A DNA stretch of 29,668 nucleotides from Gemmatimonadota bacterium (GTDB lineage: Bacteria > Gemmatimonadota > Gemmatimonadetes > Longimicrobiales > RSA9). Shown one piece after another: positions 16,236 through 25,810 of the stretch; within the stretch, counting starts at the first letter, position 1, and the number at the start of each line of letters is the position of its first letter. Under the pieces are notes generated by a model. The model had not been told where the DNA came from. It saw only the letters and a list, made by a program, of their open reading frames with translations, and searched no databases. The stretch spans positions 1 through 29,668 of the forward strand of contig JBBDRO010000078.1 of NCBI GenBank assembly GCA_040905425.1. Direction: 5' to 3'. The position numbers and the translations under genes are program-made.

Positions 16236-17653
16236 GCCGAGCCCTCCGGGCCGCGCGTGATGGCGCCGTGGGAGTAAGCGCCGCCGCGCCCGCCTCCGCC
16301 GTCGCGGTCCCTGCCGGACACCGGTGCGGGGAGCACCTCCTTCAGCTCCGCCACCGAGACGGCGGGCAGCACCCTGATGAAGATCAGGAAGAACATGAAG
16401 AACCACGCAAAGCTCCCCGCCAGGATGGCCATCTCCACCCAGGACGGGTTGTAGGTGCGCCACTGCCACGGCTCGTACTCACGCGCCAGGCTGGTGACGA
16501 TGATCACGAAGCGCTCGAACCACATCCCGATGTTGATGAAGATGGTGATGACGAAGAGCGCCGGGATGCTGGTGCGGATCTGCCGCCACCACAGCAGCAT
16601 GGGGATGATGCCGTTGCAGATGAGCATGATCCAGGTGGCCCACCAGTAGCTGCCGAAGGCCCGGTTCCAGAAGGCTGCCCGTTCGGGCGTCTCCACGGAG
16701 TACCAGGCAATGAAAAACTCCGTCATGTACGCGTAGAAGACCACCATCCCGGTCACCAGCACCATCTTGGCCATGGCGTCGAAGTGCCGATCGGTGAAGT
16801 AGGCTTCCAGGCTGAAGATCTTGCGCATGGGGATGACAATGGTGAGCACCATGGCCAGCCCGGAGAAGATGGCGCCCGCCACGAAGTAGGGCGCGAAGAT
16901 GGTGGTATGCCAGCCCGGCACGATGGAGACGGCAAAGTCCCAGGACACCACCGAGTGCACGGAGAGCACCAACGGCGTGGCCAGGGCGGCCAACAGCAGG
17001 TATGCACGCGTGAAGTGGCGCCATTCGGTGTCGGTGCCGCGCCAGCCGAACGCCATGAGGGAATAGAGCTTCTTCCGCCAGGGCACCGTGGTGGCGTCGC
17101 GCGCCGCCGCGATGTCCGGGATCATGCCGACCAGGAAGAAGGTGGCGGACACGGTGAGGTAGGTGCCCACCGCGAAGACGTCCCACAGCAGCGGCCCGCG
17201 GAAGTTGGGCCAGAGGAGCCGCTGGTTGGGGTAGGGCAGCAGGTAGTAGAAGATCCAGGGGCGCCCCAGGTGGATGATGGGGAAGAGCCCCGCCGTGAGC
17301 ACCGCGAAGACCGTCATGGCCTCCGCCGCCCGGTAGATGGACTGCCGCCAGCGCGCCCGGAACAGGTAGAGCACGGCCGAGATGAGCGTGCCGGAGTGCG
17401 CAATGCCCACCCAGAAGACGAAGGTGGTGATGTAGGCGCCCCAGCCGATAGGGTTGGTGAGGCCGGACATGCCGATGCCCAGCACCACCTGCGTGGCCCA
17501 CGCCGCGGCGCCCAACGCCAGCACCGCCAGCACCACGCCCAGGATGATGAAGTAGCCGCGGCCCGGGCGGGCCAGGAGCTTCAGGACATCCCGGTTGACG
17601 TCCCCGTAGGACGCAATGTCCGGATGCGTCTCGGAGCGGATTATCCGTGCCAT
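16232..17653 (-). CDS. actC: Alternative complex III subunit C (NrfD/PsrC quinol-oxidising subunit)
   Basis: WGAYITTFVFWVGIAHSGTLISA, RAAEAMT, HLGRPW, LWDVFAV, SVHSVVSWDFA, PGWHTTIFAPYFVAGAIFSG, GMWFERFVII. Start ATG 17653. Confidence 0.95.
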   Translation of the reverse strand: MARIIRSETHPDIASYGDVNRDVLKLLARPGRGYFIILGVVLAVLALGAAAWATQVVLGIGMSGLTNPIGWGAYITTFVFWVGIAHSGTLISAVLYLFRARWRQSIYRAAEAMTVFAVLTAGLFPIIHLGRPWIFYYLLPYPNQRLLWPNFRGPLLWDVFAVGTYLTVSATFFLVGMIPDIAAARDATTVPWRKKLYSLMAFGWRGTDTEWRHFTRAYLLLAALATPLVLSVHSVVSWDFAVSIVPGWHTTIFAPYFVAGAIFSGLAMVLTIVIPMRKIFSLEAYFTDRHFDAMAKMVLVTGMVVFYAYMTEFFIAWYSVETPERAAFWNRAFGSYWWATWIMLICNGIIPMLLWWRQIRTSIPALFVITIFINIGMWFERFVIIVTSLAREYEPWQWRTYNPSWVEMAILAGSFAWFFMFFLIFIRVLPAVSVAELKEVLPAPVSGRDRDGGGGRGGAYSHGAITRGPEGSA

Positions 17654-17654
17654 G

Positions 17655-20600
17655 TCAGTGCCCCGCCCCCGCGTCATCCGCGTGCTCGGAGATGGATCTC
17701 AGATAGGTGATGGCGGACTGGGTGTTGAGCTGGTCCAGCACCCGGTAGCCGCGGCCCGAGGAGGCCAGCTGCGTGACGCGCGCAGCGGGGTCCTTCAGGT
17801 TGCCGAAGACAATGGCCTCACCCGGGCAGGTGGCGGCGCACGCCGGCACGATCTCCCCGTCGCCCACGCCGCGGTCCTCCAGGCGCGCGTTGTTCTCCGC
17901 GTCGCGGATCTTCTGCACGCAGAACGTGCACTTCTCCATGACGCCCTTCTCACGCACCGTGACGTCCGGGTTCAGCTGCCAGTTGAGCGGCTCCGGCCAC
18001 TCCCACGTGAACCAGTTGTAGGTACGCACCTTGTAGGGGCAGTTGTTGGCACAGTAGCGCGTGCCCACGCAGCGGTTGTAGACCTGCGCGTTCAGCCCGT
18101 CGGGCGTGTGGTACGCCGCGTACACCGGGCAGACCGGCTCGCACGGCGCGTTGGAGCACTGCTGGCACATCATGGGCAGGAACCGCGTCTGCAGTTCCTC
18201 GGGATGCTCCGGGTCCGACTCGAAGTAGCGCTCGATGCGGATCCAGTGCAGGATGCGCCCCTTGGCCACCTGCTCCGGCCCCACCACGCCCACGTTGTTC
18301 TCGGCGTAGCAGGCGGTGATGCAGGCGCTGCAGCCGGTGCAGCGCTCCAGGTCAATGGCCATGCCCCAGCGGGGGTGCTCCTCCGAGTACTCGCCGTAGT
18401 GCGTGCCCGGCGGCGGGAAGGCCTGCGGTGAGGCCGGCGCCACGAGCGGCTCCCAGCCGCCGCCGCCCTGCAGCGTCTCCACCGTGGCGTCCTGCGGGTG
18501 CGGGATGAAGTGCGGATCGTCACTGTGATCCACGGGCTCGGGCGGCGCGGCGGTGATGCCGGCGGCCAGCACCGCGCCGCGGCCCACGTCCGCCGAGCGG
18601 GCGTCCTCCAGGCGCATGGCCTGGGCAATGCCGCGGTTGTGCTGGTCCGATTCCAGCCCCTGCTGCGTGGGGCGCTCCCAGCGGCCGGTGCTGCGCACGG
18701 AGGCGCGCGTCTGCTGCCAGACGAACGCCCCGGAGGCCGCCTCCACCATGGGCGCGAGCAGCCGGGCGGCGTTCACGCCGCGCTCCCGCGCATACTGGCC
18801 CAGCCCCTCGTGCCCCTGGCCGAGCTGGATGGCAATGGTGTCTGGCCGCACGCCGGGATGGCGCCACACGGGCAGCTCCACGGTCCCCTGCGGCGTCTCC
18901 ACCTCGGCAATGTGCCCGTTGTCCAACCCCAGCTCCTCGGCGGCCGCGGGGTTCATTTCCACCCAGGAGTTCCACGTCCACTTGGAGACGGGATCGGGCA
19001 GCTCCTGGAGCCAGAGCCGGTTGGCCAGCCGGCCGTCATAGTACTTGTAGGACGGGTAGACAATGAGGTGGAAGTCCCCGTCACCGGCAAAGGGCGCGGG
19101 CTGCAGCTGCTCCATCCCCACCTGCGCGGCGGTGAGCGCGGCCAGGGAGGTGTTCGCGGCGCCGTTCGAAGCGACGTTCGCGCCGGCGTTGTTCGCGGCG
19201 TTCGTCAGCACCAGGCCGGTCTGCAGCGCCTCGCGCCACCACGTCTCGAAGTCGGCGCCGGCGCCGGCGGCGGCGTAGACCGTGTCCCGCCAGCGCGTGC
19301 GCATGTAGTCGTAGAAGGTATTGCCCTGCGTGGGCAGGCTCACGCCGCCGCGGCGCGCCACGGAGAGCAGTACGTCACCCGTCTGCTTGCTGTCGAAGAC
19401 CGGCACCATGACGGGCTGGACGAGCGCCGTGACGCCGCTGCGCGGCTCCAGGTCTCCCCAGCTCTCCAGGAAATGGTGATCGGGCAGCAGCAGGTGGGCG
19501 GTCTCGCTCGTCTCGTCCAGCATCGGCGAGAAGGAGGCAATGAACGGCACGGCGGACAGCGCCTCCCGCACCGCCTCCTGGTCCGGCAGCCCGTAGAGCG
19601 GGTTCGGGCCGTGCACCAGCAGGAAGCCCACGCCCTGCGCGCGCATACGCTCCAGCAGCGCCTGCATGTCGGCGTAGGAGCCGCCCGTGCCCGCATGGCG
19701 CTCAACGGCGTCCGTGCGGATGGTGGTACCCACGTTGCCAGCCACGCGGTTCAGCATGGCTACCGCCATGGCCAGCTGCGTGGCCGCACCGTGCTGCGAG
19801 GCCACACCGGGTCCGGCCGCCAGCGAGGCGCCGCCGTTGGCGAAGCGCGCCGCCACCTGGCGGAGGCGCTCCGTGGAAACGTCGGCCGCCTGCGCGGCGG
19901 CGTTCACGTCCACACCGGCCAGCGCCGCGCCGCCCGCGCCCGCGCCGCCGCCCGCTTCCGCCACCAGCCGCGCCAGCGCGGCCGCCACGAGGTGCTCCGT
20001 GCCCGGCCGGCACGGGATCCACTCGTCCGCGTTCATCTCCGTCAGACTCTGGTGCGGGCCCACCGCAATGTAGTGGCCCCGCCGGCCGCGATCGTAGGCG
20101 TGCGCCTGCACGAAGCCGTGGCTGTAGTCCACGGGGGAGAGCCACGTCTCCATGAAGTCCGCGCCGAAGGTGATGACCACTTCGGCCCGGCTGAAGTCGT
20201 GCACCGGCACGCCGTCCACGCCGTAGACCGCCGCGGCGGCGGCGCGCAGCGGCTCGTAGGCAAAGGTCTCCCAGCGGACGCGCTCGATCTGGTAGGCGGC
20301 GGCGAACTCGTCCAGCAGCTGGTCCATGGTGCCGGTCACGGCGTGCGTCAGGATGACGCCCGTGCCCCGGCGCTGCTCCAGGACGCGCGAGAGGCGCTCC
20401 TCGGCCTCGTCCCACAGCAGCTTGTCCCAGCCCTCCCCGTTGCGGGCCAGCGCCTGCGGCACCCGGTCGGGGTCGTAGAGGCCGTGCAGCGACGCCTGGC
20501 CGCGCGCGCACAGGGCGCCGTGCGAGATCGGCGAGAGCGGATTGCCCTCCGCCTTCACGGCGCGGCCTTCCCGGGTGCGGATGTTCATGCCGCAGCCGGC

Positions 20601-20777
20601 GGGGCACTCCCGGCAGGTGGTGCGGTACCAGGTGGCCATCCCCGGCACGATCTCCTCGTGCGGGATGACGTAGGGCAGGAGCGTGTCCGTGGGCCCACTC
20701 CCGCACCCGGCCACGCCGGCCCCCACGCCCGTGGCGCCCAGGACCTTCAGGAAATCGCGCCTCTCGATGTTGCTCAT
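17655..20777 (-). CDS. actB: Alternative complex III subunit B (molybdopterin-oxidoreductase-like domain fused to Fe-S domain)
   Basis: Tat motif ERRDFLK, lipobox VAGC, WLQELPDPVSK. Fe-S motifs CTGCSACITAC, CQQCSNAPCEPVCP, CVGTRYCANNCP, CTFC and CAATCP. Also an N-terminal CRECPAGC...LCARG. Confidence 0.93.
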   Translation of the reverse strand: MSNIERRDFLKVLGATGVGAGVAGCGSGPTDTLLPYVIPHEEIVPGMATWYRTTCRECPAGCGMNIRTREGRAVKAEGNPLSPISHGALCARGQASLHGLYDPDRVPQALARNGEGWDKLLWDEAEERLSRVLEQRRGTGVILTHAVTGTMDQLLDEFAAAYQIERVRWETFAYEPLRAAAAAVYGVDGVPVHDFSRAEVVITFGADFMETWLSPVDYSHGFVQAHAYDRGRRGHYIAVGPHQSLTEMNADEWIPCRPGTEHLVAAALARLVAEAGGGAGAGGAALAGVDVNAAAQAADVSTERLRQVAARFANGGASLAAGPGVASQHGAATQLAMAVAMLNRVAGNVGTTIRTDAVERHAGTGGSYADMQALLERMRAQGVGFLLVHGPNPLYGLPDQEAVREALSAVPFIASFSPMLDETSETAHLLLPDHHFLESWGDLEPRSGVTALVQPVMVPVFDSKQTGDVLLSVARRGGVSLPTQGNTFYDYMRTRWRDTVYAAAGAGADFETWWREALQTGLVLTNAANNAGANVASNGAANTSLAALTAAQVGMEQLQPAPFAGDGDFHLIVYPSYKYYDGRLANRLWLQELPDPVSKWTWNSWVEMNPAAAEELGLDNGHIAEVETPQGTVELPVWRHPGVRPDTIAIQLGQGHEGLGQYARERGVNAARLLAPMVEAASGAFVWQQTRASVRSTGRWERPTQQGLESDQHNRGIAQAMRLEDARSADVGRGAVLAAGITAAPPEPVDHSDDPHFIPHPQDATVETLQGGGGWEPLVAPASPQAFPPPGTHYGEYSEEHPRWGMAIDLERCTGCSACITACYAENNVGVVGPEQVAKGRILHWIRIERYFESDPEHPEELQTRFLPMMCQQCSNAPCEPVCPVYAAYHTPDGLNAQVYNRCVGTRYCANNCPYKVRTYNWFTWEWPEPLNWQLNPDVTVREKGVMEKCTFCVQKIRDAENNARLEDRGVGDGEIVPACAATCPGEAIVFGNLKDPAARVTQLASSGRGYRVLDQLNTQSAITYLRSISEHADDAGAGH

Positions 20778-20790
20778 CAGCTCTCTAACA

Positions 20791-21324
20791 CTAGTAGTGG
20801 CAGACGAAGCAGTCGGTGCGCGCCTCGTTCACGCGATGACACTCCACGCACCATCCCATGCGGAGTGAGCTGGCCTGCTCGATGACGACCATCTCCTCCA
20901 CGGGCCCGTGACACTCCTGGCACTCGAAGCCGGCCTTCATGTGCCGCATGTGCGGGAAATGCACGTGGTCGGGCAGATCGTAGATGCGCTTCCAGGGGAT
21001 GGGCACGCCCTGCGCCCAGTACTCACGGAGCTTCAGGACCTCGGGATGGTCGGCCCGCACCAGCGGCACGCCGCCGGGGAAGTGGCAGCCGGCGCACACC
21101 TGTACGGAAGGGATGCCGGCGTCCTGGGAGCGGTCCGCCGAGGTGTGGCAGTACTGGCACGGGATCTGGCTCGTGGCGCCCGCGTGCAGGTCATGCGGAA
21201 AGGCAATGGGCTGCACGATCGGGCTGGCCGCGAAGGGCCCGACCGTGGCTGCCAGGATCCCGGCGCCGGCAAGCACCAGGACGCCGACGGCGGCGGCCGC
21301 CACTGCCCATCTGGGAATTTGCAT
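20791..21324 (-). CDS. actA: Alternative complex III subunit A (pentaheme cytochrome c)
   Basis: Five CxxCH (CQYCH, CAGCH, CQECH, CVECH, CFVCH). QPIAFPHDLHAG, LPDHVHFPH, MGWC. One N-terminal TM. Start moved to ATG 21324. Confidence 0.93.
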   Translation of the reverse strand: MQIPRWAVAAAAVGVLVLAGAGILAATVGPFAASPIVQPIAFPHDLHAGATSQIPCQYCHTSADRSQDAGIPSVQVCAGCHFPGGVPLVRADHPEVLKLREYWAQGVPIPWKRIYDLPDHVHFPHMRHMKAGFECQECHGPVEEMVVIEQASSLRMGWCVECHRVNEARTDCFVCHY

Positions 21325-21464
21325 TGCATACCTGTACTGGCGTCTTGGCTGACCCCCGGCGTCACGCACACCGGCGGGAGCCGGATGGCGGGACGGCACG
21401 TGGACGGCGCGTCCCCCCTCCGGAGCGCCGGGAATCTGGCTGTCGGGCTACAGCCATGCAACCC

Positions 21465-22577
21465 TTAGCGTTCGGCAGGCAGGATGAGCATGCTGAGCGC
21501 GAGCACCAGTCCCCCCACGGCAACCGCCCATACGGCGCCCGCGTGGTTGCCCGCGCCTGTTGCCGGGTCGAGCGCCGGGCCGAGTGCAAGGCCTGGTGCC
21601 GGCCCGGCGGTGGCGGCGTGCGTGGCGGCCAGCGCCGCGAACACGAGCAGCCCGCCCACGGTGGTCCACCCCTGCCGGCGGCCGCTCGCCGGGTTGAGCG
21701 CGCGGGCCAGCAGCAGGAGGGCGGCGCCGTGACCGGCGGCCACGGCCAGCGCGCCCGGCCACCCCGCGATCCAGTGCGGCGTCAGGGCGCCCGCCAGGGC
21801 GGCGCCTGCGAGCAGCACCACGGCAGACCGGCTCCGCGCCGGGGCCTCGCTTGTCAGCAGCATGACCACGCCGGCCGCGCCCACGGCCAGCAGAAGCGCG
21901 CCCACTGCCCACGGCGCCAGTCCCGTCAGGGCAGCCGCCACGTGCGTCCGCCCCAGCACCGCGTGCTCCAGGAACAGGATGGCGCCGAACGCCACGGCAC
22001 CCCGCAGGCGGAGGCCGCCGGCGCGCCGCTCCAGCGTGGGCGTGGCCGGATCTGTGGGTTCGGGCGGGAAGCGGCGCGCGGCGGTGAGCGCCAGCGCACC
22101 CGCGGCCAGGAGCAGTTGCGCGGGCGCGGGGACGGGCCGCAGCGCGGCTTCCCAGCCCATGCCGAGCGCGGCCAGGAGCTGGTTGGTCAGCAGGGCGGCC
22201 GCGGCCGCGCCGGCCAGCGCGCGCCGCTCCACCAGCCCCACGGCCATGGTGAGGTAGAGGCCGCCGGCGCCGGCCGCGAGCGCCGCGGCGGCCAGCCGCG
22301 CGGTGCCCGGCAGGAGGACCAGGCCGGCGCCCGCCAGCGCCGCCGTCCGGGCCGTCAGCACCAGCGCGTTGCCGCGCTCCAGCCAGCGCTCCAGCGGCAG
22401 GGCGGGCGCGCATACGGCGGCCGCCACGGCCAGCAGCGGTACCAGCGCAACGGCCCCGGGGGCGGGCCCCGCGGATGCACCCGCCGGGCCGAGTAGGGCG
22501 GCCAGCAGCGCCGCGAAGCCTTGCAGCAGGAAGAGGAGTAGCGCCGCGGCCAGGAGGAAGGAGACGCGGAACGTCAC
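21465..22577 (-). CDS. Hypothetical polytopic membrane protein (Ala/Leu/Gly-rich)
   Basis: Many hydrophobic segments. Fills the gap between the kinase (21 nt) and the actA upstream region on the same strand. Confidence 0.65.
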   Translation of the reverse strand: MTFRVSFLLAAALLLFLLQGFAALLAALLGPAGASAGPAPGAVALVPLLAVAAAVCAPALPLERWLERGNALVLTARTAALAGAGLVLLPGTARLAAAALAAGAGGLYLTMAVGLVERRALAGAAAAALLTNQLLAALGMGWEAALRPVPAPAQLLLAAGALALTAARRFPPEPTDPATPTLERRAGGLRLRGAVAFGAILFLEHAVLGRTHVAAALTGLAPWAVGALLLAVGAAGVVMLLTSEAPARSRSAVVLLAGAALAGALTPHWIAGWPGALAVAAGHGAALLLLARALNPASGRRQGWTTVGGLLVFAALAATHAATAGPAPGLALGPALDPATGAGNHAGAVWAVAVGGLVLALSMLILPAER

Positions 22578-22598
22578 GACGCGCGCTGTGGGTAGGGG

Positions 22599-24734
22599 TC
22601 AGGAACTGGCGGCCAGGCGGCCGGAGGTGTCCTGGTCCTCCGCCGACGCGCCGCGCGCGTCCGCGGGCAGGATCACTGTGAAAGCGGTGCCCTCACCGTG
22701 GGTGCTGGTCACCTCGATGGTGCCGCCCAGCAGGCGCACCAGCTTACGGGTGATGGAGAGGCCCAGACCGGTGCCGCCGTACTCCTTGGTGTGGGTCTGA
22801 TCGATCTGCCTGAAGTCATCGAAGATGGCGTCCAGGTCATCCGCCTTGATGCCGATTCCCGAATCCTCCACCACCAGGTGAAGCCCGCCGCTCTCCAGCT
22901 GGCGGGCGCGCAGGGCAATGGAGCCCTCGGGCGTGAACTTGATGGCGTTGGAGAGGAGGTTCAGCAGCACCTGCTTCACCTTGGTACGGTCCGTCCGCAG
23001 GACCGGCAGCTCGGCCGGGGCGTCGAACGCGTAGCGCAGCTTCTTGCGCTCCACCATGGGACGGATGGTGTCGGAGACCTCTTGGAGCACTTCTGCCACC
23101 GTGACCGGCTCCACGTGGAGCGGCATCTTGCCGGCCTCTATCTTGGACAGGTCCAGGATGTCATTGATGAGCTCCAGCAGGTGCTGGCTGGTGTCATTCA
23201 CCTTGCCCAGTGACTCCTCCTGCTGGTGCGTCAGGTGCCCGTAGATACGCTCCCGCAGCAGGGACGTGTAGCCCAGGATGACGTTGATGGGCGTGCGCAG
23301 TTCGTGGCTCATGTTGGCCAGGAACTCACTCTTCAGCCGGGACGCCTTTTCCAGCTCGAAGCTCTGCCACTCCAACTGACGGTTGCGCGCCTCCAGCTCC
23401 ATGGTGGCGTGGCGGATGCGGTCCTCGAGCTCGTCGTTGAGCTGCTGGAGCTCGCGGGCCAGCCGCTCGTTCTCCTCGGTCTCCGTGAGGTCGTGCAGCA
23501 CGCTCACGATGGCGGTGGGCTCGCCGCGCGCGTTCAGGATCTTGCTGCTCACCACCTCCGCGGGGAATTCGTGGCCGTCCGCCGGGTCCACCATGGTGAG
23601 CCGCTCGCCGTGCCGCTGCTCGAGACGCAGCAGGAAGTTGCTGATGTGGGTGGTGAACTTGGTGTCGTTGGCCTGGATGAGCGGCCGGTGTCCCGACGGA
23701 TGATCCGGGCCGGCCACGAAGAGTCGGTCCGCCTCCGGGTTCAGCAGGATGATGTTGGAGTGCTCGTCGGTGACCAGGATGGGGTCACCCACATTCTCCA
23801 GGATGACGTTCAGCCGGTCCCGCTCCTGGCGCACGTCGTGCTCGGCCAGCCGGGACCGGTTGAACTGCACCTCCAGCTCACCCACGGCCCGCTTCAGGTC
23901 CGTGATGTCCCGCAGCACGGAGAGGACGGCCGCCTCCCCCGCGGCCGGGATGGGCATGCACATCACCTCGAAGAGCAGGTCCGAGCCCTCCGCCGTGTCC
24001 ACCAGGTTCAGCTCCCGCCCGCCACCGGTGGCGGCGCCGCCGATCACCGTCTGGGTGAGGAAGGAACTGAAGAGCAGATTGTTGACGTCAATGGCCCGGC
24101 GCCGCCCCTCGCTGTCATCGGCCGACGCCGTGAAGAGCTGCTCGGCACGCCGGTTGGCCAGCAGGATGTCATTGCGGGAGTTCGTCAGGATGATGGGATC
24201 CGAGAGCGCGTTGATGATCTCGGTGAGCAGGTCCCGCTGGCGGTCGTAGCGCCGGATGGCGGAGCGGAGCTGCCCCACCTGGGCGCAGCGCTGGAGCGCG
24301 GCGCCGCACCGCTGGAAGGCGGCTCCCACCAGCGCGGGGCCGCCCTCCAGCGCGTCGGCCTCGATGGCCACCAGCCCGCGGAACGGCTCGCTGGCGCCCT
24401 GGAACGGGAAGGCGGCCACCGCATCGAAGCCGATGGCCGCCGCCGCTTCACCGCGCAGCACCGCTGGCGCGGTCATGGTATCGAAATTCACCCGTAACTC
24501 GGAGGCCTCGGAGCCCAGCTGGTCCAGGACATCCCCGACCTGCCCCTCGAGCACCCCCGTGCCCGCTCCCTGGAACGAACCGTCCATCCGCAGCACCACC
24601 ACCCCCGCCCCACCGCCGGCCGCCGCCATGCTGCGCTGCAGGGTCAGCGAGCACGCCTCCGACACATCGTCGACGCGCGCGATCTGATCGAGCAACTCGG
24701 CGACCAGGGATTCGGATGGGGCGTTGGCGCCCAC
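22599..24734 (-). CDS. Cytoplasmic sensor histidine kinase (GAF-like, two PAS-like, HisKA, HATPase)
   Basis: Repeated PAS-like starts (IINALSDPIILTN; ILENVGDPILVTD) ending RDIT/HDLT. KSEFLANMSHELRTP, NLLSNAIKF, DSGIG, GGTGLGL. No TM seen. Confidence 0.92.
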   Translation of the reverse strand: MGANAPSESLVAELLDQIARVDDVSEACSLTLQRSMAAAGGGAGVVVLRMDGSFQGAGTGVLEGQVGDVLDQLGSEASELRVNFDTMTAPAVLRGEAAAAIGFDAVAAFPFQGASEPFRGLVAIEADALEGGPALVGAAFQRCGAALQRCAQVGQLRSAIRRYDRQRDLLTEIINALSDPIILTNSRNDILLANRRAEQLFTASADDSEGRRRAIDVNNLLFSSFLTQTVIGGAATGGGRELNLVDTAEGSDLLFEVMCMPIPAAGEAAVLSVLRDITDLKRAVGELEVQFNRSRLAEHDVRQERDRLNVILENVGDPILVTDEHSNIILLNPEADRLFVAGPDHPSGHRPLIQANDTKFTTHISNFLLRLEQRHGERLTMVDPADGHEFPAEVVSSKILNARGEPTAIVSVLHDLTETEENERLARELQQLNDELEDRIRHATMELEARNRQLEWQSFELEKASRLKSEFLANMSHELRTPINVILGYTSLLRERIYGHLTHQQEESLGKVNDTSQHLLELINDILDLSKIEAGKMPLHVEPVTVAEVLQEVSDTIRPMVERKKLRYAFDAPAELPVLRTDRTKVKQVLLNLLSNAIKFTPEGSIALRARQLESGGLHLVVEDSGIGIKADDLDAIFDDFRQIDQTHTKEYGGTGLGLSITRKLVRLLGGTIEVTSTHGEGTAFTVILPADARGASAEDQDTSGRLAASS

Positions 24735-24753
24735 GGCTCCCGCGATCCCGCGG

Positions 24754-25056
24754 TCAGCTCAGTTCGTCGAGCCGACGTTTCAACTCCGCGTTCTCCGCCA
24801 TGAGCCGATCCATATCGGACGTGCCCTGGGCGCCGGGGCCCATCATCGGCCGGGCCGCGAATCCCGTGATCCCGATGGCCTCGGCAAAGCGCAGGTAGGT
24901 TTCCACGGAAGCCACCACGATGCGCGCTTCCACGCTGACCAGGTCAATGCCAACGAGCGATACGCGAACGTATGCGTCGATGACGATGCCCTTGTCCAGT
25001 ACGCGGTCCAGTACATCGATCAGGCTACTGCCCGCGGGTGCCCTTTCAACCGCCAT
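24754..25056 (-). CDS. gvpA: Gas vesicle structural protein GvpA
   Basis: [62 protein letters not shown]. Confidence 0.95.
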   Translation of the reverse strand: MAVERAPAGSSLIDVLDRVLDKGIVIDAYVRVSLVGIDLVSVEARIVVASVETYLRFAEAIGITGFAARPMMGPGAQGTSDMDRLMAENAELKRRLDELS

Positions 25057-25399
25057 CGTTGCTCTCCCTCACGTGGGTGGATCGGGGCTCGAGCTCCCTG
25101 CGCTCGAGCGAGTCCAACTTGGTCTGCAGTGCGGCCAGACGCTCGTTGATCTGCGTCAGTTCCGCCGGAGGTAACTCCGGCTGCCCGTAATAGGGATCCG
25201 TGCGCCACCAGTTCATCCCGATCTCCTCGGCCTTGTCGATGGAGCACACCATCAAGCGGATGCGGATGGTGAGCAGCTCCACGTTGGCCAGATTGATCTT
25301 GATGTCACCTGCAACTACGAGTCCCTTGTCCAGGATCCGGTCGAGGATGTCGACCAGCCCCTGGGACCGTTGCGGCCCGAGTTCGTATTGTGTGGCCAA
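25046..25399 (-). CDS. gvpJ: Gas vesicle protein GvpJ
   Basis: [58 protein letters not shown] start with SD AAGGGGAG. Confidence 0.9.
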   Translation of the reverse strand: MATQYELGPQRSQGLVDILDRILDKGLVVAGDIKINLANVELLTIRIRLMVCSIDKAEEIGMNWWRTDPYYGQPELPPAELTQINERLAALQTKLDSLERRELEPRSTHVRESNDGG

Positions 25400-25411
25400 T
25401 GAACTCCCCTT

Positions 25412-25810
25412 TTAGAGAAGTTTACCCAGCGGCCCGAGATCGACGTTCAGGTCCTCACCTTCGAGACCGAATGCCGCCTTGACCTCTTCCAGTCGTCCTT
25501 CCAGGCGCTGCAGCGCCAGCCCCAGGCGCTCCACCTGCTCATCCGTCAAGCCGCCGCCCTCCATGCGCCGCACCGCCTGGTGCTCCATCACCTGCCGGAG
25601 CAGCTCCACGAGCGTGAGGACCAGGCGGGCCACCCCGGCCTCGATGTCTTCCGGCTCGGCTTCGAGGCGCCCCGCCAGCGCGGGCGCGAGCGCAGCGATC
25701 TCCGCCTCGATCTCCGTAGCGACCCGCTCGGCCTCGAGCCGCTCCTGCTCCAGCCGCTCACCGTCGCGGCCGTCATCCGGCGGCGCCCCGCCGGAGGCGG
25801 CCCGGCTCAT
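25412..25810 (-). CDS. gvpK: Gas vesicle protein GvpK
   Basis: GVARLVLTLVELLRQVMEHQAVRRMEGGGLTDEQVERLG...DLNVDLGPLGKLL. ATGA overlap with the upstream gene. Confidence 0.93.
   Translation of the reverse strand: MSRAASGGAPPDDGRDGERLEQERLEAERVATEIEAEIAALAPALAGRLEAEPEDIEAGVARLVLTLVELLRQVMEHQAVRRMEGGGLTDEQVERLGLALQRLEGRLEEVKAAFGLEGEDLNVDLGPLGKLL

Noticed and set aside
17655..20777. Stand-alone molybdoenzyme (polysulfide, DMSO or nitrate reductase)
   Set aside because: The fused B1-B2 architecture and the actA-C-D-E-F context identify alternative complex III. Mo binding cannot be shown from the sequence.
21350..21364. FNR/CRP site upstream of actA (TGAC-N7-GTCA)
   Set aside because: The spacing and flanks do not match TTGAT-N4-ATCAA or TGTGA-N6-TCACA, and a 4-bp palindrome is expected by chance.
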